From: Clostridia bacterium
GTDB taxonomy: Bacteria; Bacillota; Clostridia; UMGS1883; UMGS1540
Assembly (NCBI GenBank): GCA_045531205.1
Contig: JAZSDN010000050.1
Span: forward strand, 6,407 to 70,406
Length of the DNA: 64,000 nt
Reading direction: 5' to 3'
The notes under the pieces were generated by a model. It did no database searches, was not told where the DNA came from, and saw only the letters and a list, made by a program, of their open reading frames with translations. Both the position numbers and the translations under genes were made by a program. Below, one piece after another: positions 30,443 through 40,262 of this stretch. The number at the start of each line of letters is the position of its first letter. Position 1 is the stretch's first letter.

Positions 30443-31111
30443 TTATATTTTATAAGCCTTTTCGGTAGGAATGGCAAATACTATACCTCTTGCCTCGGAA
30501 TTAAGACCGAATTCTTTGTTTAAATCAAGCATAATCTGTTTACTTGTTTTAAGAGGTGCAAGAATACAAAGTATTTCGCGTTCACCTTGCATATCATCTT
30601 TTCCTAATGTTGCAAATTGTTCTGCTTCTGCCAATCTTCCTTTAATAACAGTTCCGCCGGTTGCTCCTGCTTTTCTTGCAACATGCATTACATCGTCGGA
30701 ATATCCTTCGTTCACAGATATAATAATCAAATTGTTATGATGTTCGTTTTTCATTGAACCGTCTCCCTTTTCTGCGTTTTTATCACTGTTAAAATTCAGC
30801 ATCTCGCTCAGAATTCTGCTTGCGGCAGAAACTTCTAAAATTATCATAAGTCCGCCATATTTTGAATGGCTTGCAAATGTGGTTCCAAAATTAGCCATCA
30901 TATTCTTTACAACACTTTCTGATCCAAGACTTATAATTATATCCTTGTCGTTTGTTCCAAGACCGAAAATGTCCATCATTTCAGTCGGTGCAGTGCCAAA
31001 CCCAACCGACTGAAAGTTTATTTTTATGTTGAGGTTTTCTAATTCTTTAATAAGCTTTTTCCCTTTATCACGTTCAACTATTGATAAAAGAAGCATAGGT
31101 TTTTTACTCAT
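30443..31111 (-). CDS. Tandem P-II-like (nitrogen regulatory protein P-II family) protein
   Basis: The track ORF extends to 31147. I place the start at MSKKPMLLL (31111), which has GAGGAGG upstream. There are two roughly 105-aa P-II-like halves (...LLLSIVERDKGKKLIKELE... and ...LIIISVNEGYSDDVMHVARKAGATGGTVIKGR...). Confidence 0.7.
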   Translation of the reverse strand: MSKKPMLLLSIVERDKGKKLIKELENLNIKINFQSVGFGTAPTEMMDIFGLGTNDKDIIISLGSESVVKNMMANFGTTFASHSKYGGLMIILEVSAASRILSEMLNFNSDKNAEKGDGSMKNEHHNNLIIISVNEGYSDDVMHVARKAGATGGTVIKGRLAEAEQFATLGKDDMQGEREILCILAPLKTSKQIMLDLNKEFGLNSEARGIVFAIPTEKAYKI

Positions 31112-32633
31112 AGGATTTTCCCTCCTCATCAAAGAATATAATATCATCCTCTATAGCACTTATTTCAGCATGAAGCTTTTTAATCATTTTGGCGTGTCTT
31201 CTTCTTTCAAATAAACCAAGCGTCTGAATGGTTATAAGCGGGGTCATGGCTATCATTGCAACAATTCCGAAAGCATCTGTCATAAGATTTCCGCCTATTG
31301 CTTCGCAGGCACCCATTGCAAACGGAAGCATAAATGTTGAGGTCATAGGTCCGCTTGCAACTCCGCCCGAGTCAAACGCAATGCCCGTATAAATATTTGG
31401 TACAAAAAAGCTTATAACTAACGAAATTGTATATCCAAAAATCAAAAACGGCATTATGGAGATTCCCGTTAAAACTCTGAGCATAGAAATACCAACAGAA
31501 ACAGATACGCCAACAGAAAGTGCAACGGCAACCGATTTTTGTGAAATAGCACCGTTTGTTATTTCGCTTACCTGTCTTTTAAGAGAATGTACAGCAGGCT
31601 CGGCAGAAACTACAAAGTAACCCATAATCATACCTACGGGCACAAGCATTTCCCTGAAAGAGTCTTCCGCAAGCTTTGCACCTATAAGTCTTCCTGCCGG
31701 CATAAACCCAACATTTGCTCCTGTTAAAAACATAACCAGACCTATGTATGTGTACACAAAGCCTACAGACATTTTTATAATATTGTGTATATGCGGTTTT
31801 CTTGTCGCAACCTGAAAAATAATAAACACCAAAACAATTGGTATAAAGGCAACCAAAACCTCTTTTGCATATATAGGCAATGCATTTGCAAACTGTAAAA
31901 AAGCTTCAACTGTAGTAGTAATGCTTGTTATTTCATAAGTGCTGACGGTTGGTTGCGGTTTGTAAAAAATACTAAGCAAAAGAACTGACAAAATTGGTCC
32001 TACACTGCAAAGTGCAACCAAGCCAAAGCTGTTTTCTCCGCTGTGTTTACCCTTTTTCAAAGACGCAAGACCTGCACCTAAAGCCATTATAAAAGGTACT
32101 GTAATAGGACCTGTAGTAACACCACCCGAGTCAAACGCTGTGGGCACAAATTCCTTTGGTGCAAAAAATGCTAATCCTATAACCAGAATATAAAAGATTA
32201 AAAGCAGATTGCGAAGAGGAATATTCTTTTTATTTCTTATAAGCGTAATGCTTAAGAAAATGCCAACACCTATACCTACGCAGTTTATAAGCAGTGCATT
32301 TGGAATGGTGGGGACCTGCTCTGCAAGCACCTGCAAATCAGGCTCTGAAACAGTAATAATAAAGCCAAGAACACCGCATATAAGTAACGGAATCATAATT
32401 TTATTGCTTTTATTTAAGGATTTGCCTATTCCTTCGCCCAAAGGCTCCATAGACATACCTGAACCCACCGTAAAAAAGCTCATCCCTAAAATCAGTAAAA
32501 TCGTTCCAAATAAAAACAAAACAAGCACACCTGCATCAAGTGATACAAAGGTGACTGACAAAATAAGAACTATTATCGCTATCGGTAAAACCGAGGAAAG
32601 CGATTCTTTAATTGATGCAAAAATGTGCGTCAT
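31104..32633 (-). CDS. DUF1538-family polytopic membrane protein (internally duplicated)
   Basis: 509 aa. Two homologous halves each contain ...FDSGGVxxGPxT... (AFDSGGVTTGPITVPF and AFDSGGVASGPMTSTF). Overlaps the P-II-like gene by 8 nt. Confidence 0.75.
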   Translation of the reverse strand: MTHIFASIKESLSSVLPIAIIVLILSVTFVSLDAGVLVLFLFGTILLILGMSFFTVGSGMSMEPLGEGIGKSLNKSNKIMIPLLICGVLGFIITVSEPDLQVLAEQVPTIPNALLINCVGIGVGIFLSITLIRNKKNIPLRNLLLIFYILVIGLAFFAPKEFVPTAFDSGGVTTGPITVPFIMALGAGLASLKKGKHSGENSFGLVALCSVGPILSVLLLSIFYKPQPTVSTYEITSITTTVEAFLQFANALPIYAKEVLVAFIPIVLVFIIFQVATRKPHIHNIIKMSVGFVYTYIGLVMFLTGANVGFMPAGRLIGAKLAEDSFREMLVPVGMIMGYFVVSAEPAVHSLKRQVSEITNGAISQKSVAVALSVGVSVSVGISMLRVLTGISIMPFLIFGYTISLVISFFVPNIYTGIAFDSGGVASGPMTSTFMLPFAMGACEAIGGNLMTDAFGIVAMIAMTPLITIQTLGLFERRRHAKMIKKLHAEISAIEDDIIFFDEEGKSYE

Positions 32634-32645
32634 TCTACAATACCT

Positions 32646-33530
32646 CTAACCTAAAAAATGTTTTACTTTTTCACTGTTTTCTTCACAGTATTCTATTTCG
32701 GAAGAATACATTCTTACAACCTCAAGCATTTCTTCAATGCTTTTGCAGCCTGCACAAATTGTTCCTAAACACCATAAGCTTACAAGAGTAAACCCTACCC
32801 CGCTTTCAAAATGGCGGAATACAAAGTAGCAGGCAAGCTGCTCAAATATAATCTGTAAATCTTCTCTTTTTAATGTATATTCACATTCAAAAAAATTAAG
32901 CTTATAAAGTTCTTTTTCCCAAACCTTATCAAGCCGCTCCAAAGATATATAAAAATCATACAGTTCTTTATTTGAAAACTCAAATTTAAGTCCGTATTTT
33001 TGTGCAAGATTTTTAAGTCTTTCAAAAATACTTATATCTCTGTTTTGTAAAATATCAAAAACTTCTTTTCGTTCTTTAAAAAAATCCTGATTTTTTGCCT
33101 CTTTCGGTACTTCAATGTTAAACTTTTCTTTTTGAGTAAGCAAAATTTTTGCCGCTTCTTCGCAGCAAAGACCTAAACCTGTTTCGGTAAAATCTTCGTA
33201 AAAGTTGGAAAATCTCGGATGCATATAACATATATCACATATAGCACCATCGCCAAGCTCAAGTATAATATCACAAAGACCTTTTTTGTTTAAAAACGGG
33301 CAACGATCCCCCTCTTTTAAAATAAAGTGAGGAACCTCTCCTTCAATATTATTGCGTATCCGTTCGCCCATTTCCCCATCAAGAGAATTATATAAATCCA
33401 TTGTGTCTTGGTCGATATCAATTTCCCAGCCTATGCAACAGCTGTGCTTGCACTTATCGGCAATACATTTGAATTTTTTATAATAATTTGGAAATACTTC
33501 AGTCATCATTTTCACATTCGCTGTCATCAA
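32646..33530 (-). CDS. Cys-rich YkgJ/FliB-like protein (flagellin lysine-N-methylase family resemblance)
   Basis: 294 aa. N-terminal FKCIADKCKHSCCIGW (C-x4-C-x3-CC) and a later CPFL...GLCDI motif. No flagellar genes are nearby, so the functional label is weak. Confidence 0.4.
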   Translation of the reverse strand: MMTANVKMMTEVFPNYYKKFKCIADKCKHSCCIGWEIDIDQDTMDLYNSLDGEMGERIRNNIEGEVPHFILKEGDRCPFLNKKGLCDIILELGDGAICDICYMHPRFSNFYEDFTETGLGLCCEEAAKILLTQKEKFNIEVPKEAKNQDFFKERKEVFDILQNRDISIFERLKNLAQKYGLKFEFSNKELYDFYISLERLDKVWEKELYKLNFFECEYTLKREDLQIIFEQLACYFVFRHFESGVGFTLVSLWCLGTICAGCKSIEEMLEVVRMYSSEIEYCEENSEKVKHFLG

Positions 33531-33933
33531 TTTCTACAAGACCGTCGGGTGTTTCTACCATATCGTGGCGATTAAGTAAAAATCTTCTTACTACAAAAAG
33601 AATTGCAATAGCTGCAACTGTAATAAGATTTTCTAAAGGTGATGCATGTCCTACTATAAGCTGACGCGCAAGAGCAAATGCTAAAACCTCAATAATTGTT
33701 TCAGGTGTGTGCTTGCAAAGCATTTTTATAAGCTCGGCACCGATGGCAAGAGTGATTGCCTTGTCCAAAACCATAACAAGCGAAGCAATTCCGTTTTCAA
33801 AAAATGAAAGATTAAACATATCAATAACTGCTTGCACCGCAAAAATCAATACTGCAACACCAACAAGTATTGAAATAACAAGTTCGATAAGATAGCTTAT
33901 TTCAAACATTTTGTCCTGAAGTTTTTTTCTCAT
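33499..33933 (-). CDS. PsiE-like (phosphate-starvation-inducible) membrane protein
   Basis: 144 aa, 4 TM. ...AITLAIGAELIKMLCKHTPETIIEVLAFALARQLIV... resembles the PsiE core. Confidence 0.5.
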   Translation of the reverse strand: MRKKLQDKMFEISYLIELVISILVGVAVLIFAVQAVIDMFNLSFFENGIASLVMVLDKAITLAIGAELIKMLCKHTPETIIEVLAFALARQLIVGHASPLENLITVAAIAILFVVRRFLLNRHDMVETPDGLVEIDDSECENDD

Positions 33934-33971
33934 ATTTTTTCTCCTATCTGTGCATTTTTTATATCATAAAA

Positions 33972-34658
33972 TCATTGAATAATTTCCGTGATTTTGCCAA
34001 GATCATCAATTTCGTATGTAACAGAAACCTCTGAAGTGTTAGGATTATGTGCAGGGTTAAACCAGCAAGTATCGATACCGGCAACAAATCCACCTTTCAT
34101 ATCACTTGTAAGGGAATCTCCAATTATCAGTACCTCGCTTTTGTTTGTTATGCCAAGTTTTTTAAACACATAATCAAAATATTCTTTGTTTGGTTTTTCG
34201 GCACCAACATTTTCTGATATAAAAATTGCATCAAAAATTTTATCAAGTCCCGACAAACGCAATTTCTTTTCCTGTGCAACTTTTGTGCCGTTTGTAACGG
34301 CAACAAGAGTATATTTTCCTTTCTGCGAAAGGAGTATATCCTCTGCTTTATCAACAAATTCTATATAGTCGCCAAGTGTTACCTGATAATCTTTGTTGAA
34401 TTCTTCTGCTATAGTAATATCCGCACCAATTATTCCAAAAAACTCGCGAAATCTTCCAACCAGAATTTCCGGCTTTGTAAGTTCATTTCTTTCAAGCTTC
34501 TGCCAGTATTTTGAATTTATTTTTGAATACAGTTTTATCATCTCATCACTGCATTCACCAATTTTATATTTTTCAAACAAAGTCCGTATTGCATAAGCCT
34601 CTGATGCAAGAAAATTCAATACTGTTCCGTCTATATCCCACAATAAATATTTGTACAT
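33972..34658 (-). CDS. HAD-IA hydrolase (YjjG-like nucleotidase type)
   Basis: 228 aa. DIDGT (DxDxT) motif I, ...VTNG... motif II, ...IGDSLTSDMKGG... motif IV. Confidence 0.75.
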   Translation of the reverse strand: MYKYLLWDIDGTVLNFLASEAYAIRTLFEKYKIGECSDEMIKLYSKINSKYWQKLERNELTKPEILVGRFREFFGIIGADITIAEEFNKDYQVTLGDYIEFVDKAEDILLSQKGKYTLVAVTNGTKVAQEKKLRLSGLDKIFDAIFISENVGAEKPNKEYFDYVFKKLGITNKSEVLIIGDSLTSDMKGGFVAGIDTCWFNPAHNPNTSEVSVTYEIDDLGKITEIIQ

Positions 34659-34667
34659 AACGCTTTT

Positions 34668-35069
34668 TCACGCCTTTCGTGTGTTTTCTTGATTTTTGTA
34701 TATTACAAATTTTGAAAACAAAAATTCTAACACAAAATTTGAGAGCATTGTTATTATTAAAATTATGTAATCGTTAACCCTGGCTGTTTCTGCCAGATGT
34801 CCAAGCCATGTTGACACCGGAGTAAACACTGCGTAAAAACCAAAGAGTTTCAGCATTGCAACGGGGACATTTACAGCAGATTTAAAAGTGTATCGTCTGT
34901 TAAATGTAAAATTCCAGATTATTGATATAATCAGTGATGTAAGGTAAGCCGGCCAATACCTCCAGTCAAACAACTCGTTAAATATTGTAAATGTTGCAAT
35001 TTGTATTATCCCTGCCGATACAGAAAATAACAAAAATTTTAACATTTGAAAAACTGATTCCTTTTTCAT
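34668..35069 (-). CDS. GtrA family membrane protein
   Basis: 133 aa, 4 TM. GtrA-like pattern (...FLLFSVSAGIIQIATFTIF..., ...NFVLEFLFSKFVIY). Confidence 0.6.
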   Translation of the reverse strand: MKKESVFQMLKFLLFSVSAGIIQIATFTIFNELFDWRYWPAYLTSLIISIIWNFTFNRRYTFKSAVNVPVAMLKLFGFYAVFTPVSTWLGHLAETARVNDYIILIITMLSNFVLEFLFSKFVIYKNQENTRKA

Positions 35070-35117
35070 TTTTTCTCCTTTATATCTATAAGCATATTTT
35101 ATTTTGTAAATTACAAA

Positions 35118-36080
35118 CTACATATTCCTCTCAAATATTTCGCGTACGTACTGTTTCATTTGTTCTTTGTTTGTTGCTGTATTTATAAGACATTTTGATT
35201 CTGCAGCGTTTTTAAGACCTTTAATATACCACGCCATATGTTTGCGTGCTTCTAAAATTCCTATATGCTCTCCCTTGTCTTCTATCAGCATATCAAGATG
35301 TAAAAGGGCTGTATCCATTTTTTCCTGCAAAGTTACTTTTGTGACAGGTTTGCCTTCTAAAAACTCGTTTATTTCTCTGAATATAAACGGATTACCCATA
35401 CTGCCTCTGCCAACCATTACGGCGTCACAGCCTGTTTTTTGTATCATTTCAAAAGCGTCTTTTCCGCTTTGTATATCTCCGTTTCCAATGACAGGGATAC
35501 TAACATTACTTTTAACCTCTGCTATAATTTCTCTGTCAGCCTTACCTAAGTACATTTGCTCGGTAGTTCTTCCGTGTACCGTTATTGCGGCAGCACCGCA
35601 CTCTTCGGCAATTTTTGCTATTTCAACAGCGTTTACATGCTCGCTATCTACGCCTTTTCTTATTTTTACAGTTACAGGGATTGAAACCGCTTTCGATACT
35701 TTTTCAATAATCTTGCCCGCAAGTAGCGGTGTTTTCATAAGGGCGCTTCCTTCCCCATTCTTAAATATTTTAGGTGCAGGGCATCCCATGTTAATATCTA
35801 TAATCGAAAAGTCATTTTCAATTCTTTTTGCAGTCTCTGCCATTATTTCAGGCGATGTACCGAAAATCTGTACCGCTCGCTGAATTTGTGTGTCATTTTT
35901 TCCTAAAAGCGTAAACGTTTTTTTGTCGTTATACGACATTGCTTTTGCGCTTATCATTTCGGTGTATGTAAGTCCTGCACCAAAATCACGGCAAATGGTA
36001 CGAAAAGAATAATCAGTTACCCCTGCCATGGGTGCAAGAAAAGCTATATTATTAAGTTCAATATTTCCTATTTTTATCAT
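35118..36080 (-). CDS. dusB: tRNA-dihydrouridine synthase
   Basis: 320 aa. ...LAPMAGVTD..., ...IDINMGCP..., ...TVHGRT... Dus family motifs. Confidence 0.93.
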   Translation of the reverse strand: MIKIGNIELNNIAFLAPMAGVTDYSFRTICRDFGAGLTYTEMISAKAMSYNDKKTFTLLGKNDTQIQRAVQIFGTSPEIMAETAKRIENDFSIIDINMGCPAPKIFKNGEGSALMKTPLLAGKIIEKVSKAVSIPVTVKIRKGVDSEHVNAVEIAKIAEECGAAAITVHGRTTEQMYLGKADREIIAEVKSNVSIPVIGNGDIQSGKDAFEMIQKTGCDAVMVGRGSMGNPFIFREINEFLEGKPVTKVTLQEKMDTALLHLDMLIEDKGEHIGILEARKHMAWYIKGLKNAAESKCLINTATNKEQMKQYVREIFERNM

Positions 36081-36150
36081 AAAAAACCTCTAAAATTTAT
36101 TACCTATTTATTATATAATAACTAACTGATTAAGTCAATTTATTTTTAAC

Positions 36151-36179
36151 TTGCATTTTAAAAAAAAGTGTTGTATAAT
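36151..36179 (+). promoter_or_regulatory. Sigma-A type promoter
   Basis: TTGCAT (36151-36156), 17-nt spacer, TATAAT (36174-36179), upstream of the EIIC-like gene. Confidence 0.55.
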
Positions 36180-36211
36180 AATAGCATTATTTTTACAGAA
36201 GGTGATTTTAA

Positions 36212-37264
36212 GTGAAAGATTTTTTAAAACGCAAAGACGTCGTATTTTCTTTTAAAAGATATTTTATCGACGCCTTGGGAAGTATGGCACAGGGTCTTTT
36301 TGCCTCTTTGCTTATTGGTACAATTATAGGAACTATTGGCTCACAGCTTCATATTGAGGCACTTGTAACGGTGTCAAACTATGCAAAAGCCGCAACAGGT
36401 CCCGCAATGGCAATAGCTATAGGTGCCGCTTTAAACTCCCCTCCACTTGTTTTGTTTTCGCTTGTAACAGTTGGTCTTGCCGCAAATGAGCTTGGCGGTG
36501 CAGGCGGTCCTTTAGCCGTTTTGTTTATGACTATAATAAGTGCTGAATGCGGAAAGCTTGTAAGCAAAGAAACCAAAATAGATATTATTGTTACACCTCT
36601 TGTTACAATATGTGTTGGTGTTTTGCTTTCTGTTTTGTGTGCTAAATATATAGGTCTTGCAGCATCATGGGTTGGCAATGCAATTATGTGGGCAACAGAG
36701 CTTCATCCTTTTATAATGGGCATAATAATTTCCGTTGTAGTAGGTATTGCCCTTACATTACCTATAAGCAGTGCCGCAATATGCGCAGCACTTGGTCTTA
36801 CAGGGCTTGCAGGCGGTGCAGCTTTAGCAGGTTGTTGTGCCAACATGATAGGTTTTGCTGTAATGAGTTTTAAAGAAAATGGATGGGGCGGATTTTTTGC
36901 GCAAGGAATAGGCACAAGTATGCTCCAGATGGGAAACATTGTTAAGAATCCTAAAATTTGGATCCCTCCCATTATAGCCTCTGCAATAACAGGTCCTTTG
37001 GCAACATGCGTTTTTGGTTTACAAATGAACGGTGCCGCAGTTTCTTCAGGAATGGGTACTTGCGGTCTTGTTGGTCAGATAGGTGTTTATACAGGTTGGT
37101 TAAACGATATTGCGCAAGGACTTAAAGCTTCGGTTACTTTCTTTGACTGGGCCGGACTTATACTTATATCCTTTATACTCCCTGCAATTATTACATATTT
37201 GTTTGGTATTTTGTGCAGAAAAATCGGCTGGATAAAAGAAAACGATTTAAAACTTGATTTATAA
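36212..37264 (+). CDS. PTS EIIC-like (PTS_EIIC_2 type) membrane protein, orphan
   Basis: 350 aa, polytopic and glycine/alanine-rich (…ISSAAICAALGLTGLAGGAALAGCCANMIGF…). GTG start. No EIIA, EIIB or sugar-catabolic partner is adjacent. Confidence 0.5.
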   Translation: MKDFLKRKDVVFSFKRYFIDALGSMAQGLFASLLIGTIIGTIGSQLHIEALVTVSNYAKAATGPAMAIAIGAALNSPPLVLFSLVTVGLAANELGGAGGPLAVLFMTIISAECGKLVSKETKIDIIVTPLVTICVGVLLSVLCAKYIGLAASWVGNAIMWATELHPFIMGIIISVVVGIALTLPISSAAICAALGLTGLAGGAALAGCCANMIGFAVMSFKENGWGGFFAQGIGTSMLQMGNIVKNPKIWIPPIIASAITGPLATCVFGLQMNGAAVSSGMGTCGLVGQIGVYTGWLNDIAQGLKASVTFFDWAGLILISFILPAIITYLFGILCRKIGWIKENDLKLDL

Positions 37265-37272
37265 AAAGCAGT

Positions 37273-37299
37273 AAAAGTTCTCTTTTTTAGAGAACTTTT
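37273..37299 (+). terminator. Possible terminator hairpin after the EIIC-like gene
   Basis: AAAAGTTCTC-TTTTTTA-GAGAACTTTT. The T-run is part of the stem, so it is only moderately convincing. Confidence 0.4.
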
Positions 37300-37381
37300 A
37301 TGTCATGTAAAACATTTTTAACAATTTTACCATATCATAAGTGTAAGCAGACAAATTTCTTTTTTTGAAAGGATTTATAAA

Positions 37382-38740
37382 ATGAATATAATTATTGTAG
37401 GTTGCGGTAAAGTAGGTCAAAAAATTGCCGAAAGCCTTTCCGAAGAAAAAGCTCACAATATAAGAGTTATCGATCCAAGATACGATGTTATACAAAATCT
37501 TACAAATTACTTTGATATAATGGGTGTTGCAGGCAGCGGTGTTAATATTGAGAGTTTAAAAGATGCAGGTATAGAAGATGCCGATCTTCTTATTGCAGCA
37601 ACAGGTTCTGACGAAGTCAATATTCTAGCTTGCCTTATGGCAAAAAAACTTGGCAACTGCGGCACTATTGCCAGAGTAAGAAAGCCTGAATATGCTAAAA
37701 TAATGCATCTTTTAAAGGATGATTTAGGGCTTACACTTATTATAAACCCTGAAAGAACTGCTGCAAACGAAATTGCAAGAATACTGCGGTTCCCCTCTGC
37801 TATACAAATTGATACTTTCGCTAAGGGTAGAGTTGAAATTTTAAAATTCAAAGTGCCCGAAGATTCTGTTTTAAATAATCTTTCTGTAAGTGAAATTGTT
37901 TCAAAGCTCAACTGCGACATTTTAGTCTGCGGTGTTGAAAGAGGCGAAGATGCTTTTATTCCCAGCGGTGATTTTGTTTTAAAAAGCGGTGACCTTATAA
38001 GCATTGTTGCATCAATTCAAAACGGCACATATTTCTTCAAAAAAATAGGCATAAAAACAAACCGCGTAAAAGATACAATGATAATAGGTGGTGGTGCAAC
38101 CTCGTATTATCTTGCCGAACAGCTTATAGAAACCGGGATAAATGTTAAAATAATAGAACATAATTCCGAAAAATGCGATGCTTTGTGTGAAAATTTACCT
38201 AAAGCATCTATAATAAACGGCGACGGAACAGACGAACGTCTTTTAATGGAAGAAGGAATTGAAAAGGCTGAATCCTTTGTTTCTCTTACAAACATAGATG
38301 AAGAAAATATCCTTCTTTCGCTTTTTGCAAAAAGTAAATCAAACGCAAAAATAGTTACCAAAATCAATAAAATTGCTTATGATGAAGTCATAGACAGGCT
38401 TGATTTAGGAACAACTATTTGCCCAAAAAATATTGCAGCTGCATATATTTTGCGTTTTGTTCGTGCAATGCACAACTCCATAGGCAGCAACATAGAAACA
38501 ATGCATATTATTCTTGACGGAAAAGCAGAAGCTTTGGAATTTAACATAAAAGAAAATTCACCCGTTGCCAATATGTCACTTGAAGAATTAAAGCTTAAAA
38601 GCAATATTCTCATTGCCTGCATATCAAGAAATGGCAAGGTAATAATTCCAAGAGGTAAAGATATTCTTATGCCGGGTGATACTGTTGTTATAGTAACATT
38701 ACGTTCGGGCTTTAACGACATAAGCGATATACTTGCGTAG
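37382..38740 (+). CDS. trkA: Trk system potassium uptake protein TrkA (two RCK/NAD-binding modules)
   Basis: 452 aa. MNIIIVGCGKVGQ and a second IIGGGATSYYLA Rossmann motif. Confidence 0.93.
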   Translation: MNIIIVGCGKVGQKIAESLSEEKAHNIRVIDPRYDVIQNLTNYFDIMGVAGSGVNIESLKDAGIEDADLLIAATGSDEVNILACLMAKKLGNCGTIARVRKPEYAKIMHLLKDDLGLTLIINPERTAANEIARILRFPSAIQIDTFAKGRVEILKFKVPEDSVLNNLSVSEIVSKLNCDILVCGVERGEDAFIPSGDFVLKSGDLISIVASIQNGTYFFKKIGIKTNRVKDTMIIGGGATSYYLAEQLIETGINVKIIEHNSEKCDALCENLPKASIINGDGTDERLLMEEGIEKAESFVSLTNIDEENILLSLFAKSKSNAKIVTKINKIAYDEVIDRLDLGTTICPKNIAAAYILRFVRAMHNSIGSNIETMHIILDGKAEALEFNIKENSPVANMSLEELKLKSNILIACISRNGKVIIPRGKDILMPGDTVVIVTLRSGFNDISDILA

Positions 38741-38767
38741 CATTGTATAAAATATGAGGAAAAAGGT

Positions 38768-40207
38768 ATGAATTATAAAATTGTAAGGTATATTCTGGGG
38801 TCTGTGCTTAAAATAGAAGCATTATGTATGCTTCTCCCCCTTATATGTGCTTTTATTTATAAAGAACAAACAGAAATTTATTCTTTTTTGGCAACAATAA
38901 TATTGTGTGCTGTAATAGGATTTACTTTTGCAAGTCGTGCACCTGAAAATAAATCTATGTACGCAAAGGGTGGCTTTGTTGCTGTAGCTTTAAGCTGGTG
39001 TATTATAAGTGTTTTTGGTGCTCTCCCCTTTGTTTTATCGGGACACATTCCGAATTTTATTGATGCACTTTTTGAAACTGTTTCAGGTTTTACAACCACC
39101 GGAGCCTCTATTCTTAATACGTTGGAAAATATGCCGTATAGCCTGCTATTCTGGCGCAGTTTTACGCATTGGATAGGTGGTATGGGAGTTTTGGTGTTTC
39201 TGGTTGCTATTCTCCCTGTTGCCGGCAGCGACAATTTCTTTTTAATGAAGGCTGAAAGCCCGGGTCCTGCCGTAAGCAAGCTTGTTCCTAATGTGCGTTC
39301 AACCGCAAAAATTTTATATTTAATATATATGGCTTTTACGCTTGTTGAAATTGTTCTTCTTTTATTAGGAGGAATGACTCTGTTTGAAGCATTGACTCTT
39401 TCCTTCGGTACTGCAGGAACCGGCGGTTTTGCTATTCTTGATTCCGGTATTGCAGATTATTCATCATATTCACAAATAATTATAACAATGTTTATGATTA
39501 TTTTCGGCGTTGACTTTGCAGTTTATCATTTAATTTTAATTAAAAAAGCAAACTATGCATTTAAGTCAAATGAAGTAAGATGGTATTTAGGAATAATTTT
39601 GTCTGCAATAATAATTATAAGTATTGATTCTTTTGGATTTTTTGGTAATGTTTTTGAAACTGTAAAGCATAGTGCGTTTCAGGTAGCATCAATTATTACT
39701 ACAACAGGGTACTCGACCTACGATTTTAATACCTGGAACTCCCTTTCCAAAACAATTCTGGTTATACTAATGTTTATTGGTGCTTGTGCCGGAAGTACCG
39801 GTGGTGGTATTAAAGTTTCAAGAATTATTATTCTTATAAAAAGTGTTATAAAAGAAATTAAACTTGCTGTACATCCTAAAGCAACTGTAAAAGTAAGTAT
39901 GAACGGAAAACTTGTTGAACACGAAACTGTACGTGCTATAAATACTTTTATTGCTGCATATCTTGCTATTTTTGCTGCATCTTTGTTGATTATAAGTATT
40001 GATAATTTTGATTTTACAACAAACTTTACAGCAGTAGCCGCAACTTTAAATAATATAGGTCCAGGGCTTTCTTTGGTTGGTCCTGCAAGTAATTTTTCAT
40101 TGTTCTCGCCTTTGTCCAAAATTGTATTGATTTTAGATATGCTTATAGGAAGACTTGAAATTTTCCCGATTTTATTATTACTTTCTCCATATACTTGGAA
40201 AAAATAA
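38768..40207 (+). CDS. trkH: TrkH family potassium uptake membrane protein
   Basis: 479 aa. Repeated selectivity-filter-like ...GFTTTGAS..., ...TAGTGGF..., ...TTTGYST..., ...GSTGGGIK.... Confidence 0.93.
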   Translation: MNYKIVRYILGSVLKIEALCMLLPLICAFIYKEQTEIYSFLATIILCAVIGFTFASRAPENKSMYAKGGFVAVALSWCIISVFGALPFVLSGHIPNFIDALFETVSGFTTTGASILNTLENMPYSLLFWRSFTHWIGGMGVLVFLVAILPVAGSDNFFLMKAESPGPAVSKLVPNVRSTAKILYLIYMAFTLVEIVLLLLGGMTLFEALTLSFGTAGTGGFAILDSGIADYSSYSQIIITMFMIIFGVDFAVYHLILIKKANYAFKSNEVRWYLGIILSAIIIISIDSFGFFGNVFETVKHSAFQVASIITTTGYSTYDFNTWNSLSKTILVILMFIGACAGSTGGGIKVSRIIILIKSVIKEIKLAVHPKATVKVSMNGKLVEHETVRAINTFIAAYLAIFAASLLIISIDNFDFTTNFTAVAATLNNIGPGLSLVGPASNFSLFSPLSKIVLILDMLIGRLEIFPILLLLSPYTWKK

Positions 40208-40216
40208 TTTACAAAA

Positions 40217-40251
40217 AAGAGCTGTAAAAAATTATTTTTTTACAGCTCTTT
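40217..40251. terminator. Bidirectional rho-independent terminator (trkH on one side, epimerase operon on the other)
   Basis: AAGAGCTGTAAAAA-ATTAT-TTTTTACAGCTCTT with flanking A and T runs. Confidence 0.7.
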
Positions 40252-40262
40252 TCTTATATCTT

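Noticed and set aside
35167-35883. A 238-aa plus-strand ORF, and many similar long ORFs in the track. Examples are 53785-54408, 59049-59567, 37507-38004, 16659-17081, 32209-32649 and 6204-6635.
   Set aside because: All lie antisense to, and fully inside, genes with unambiguous family signatures (dusB, clpX, gpr, trkA, lysA, DUF1538, argH). Their translations are low-complexity S/I/F/L-rich shadow-frame products with no SD or family resemblance.
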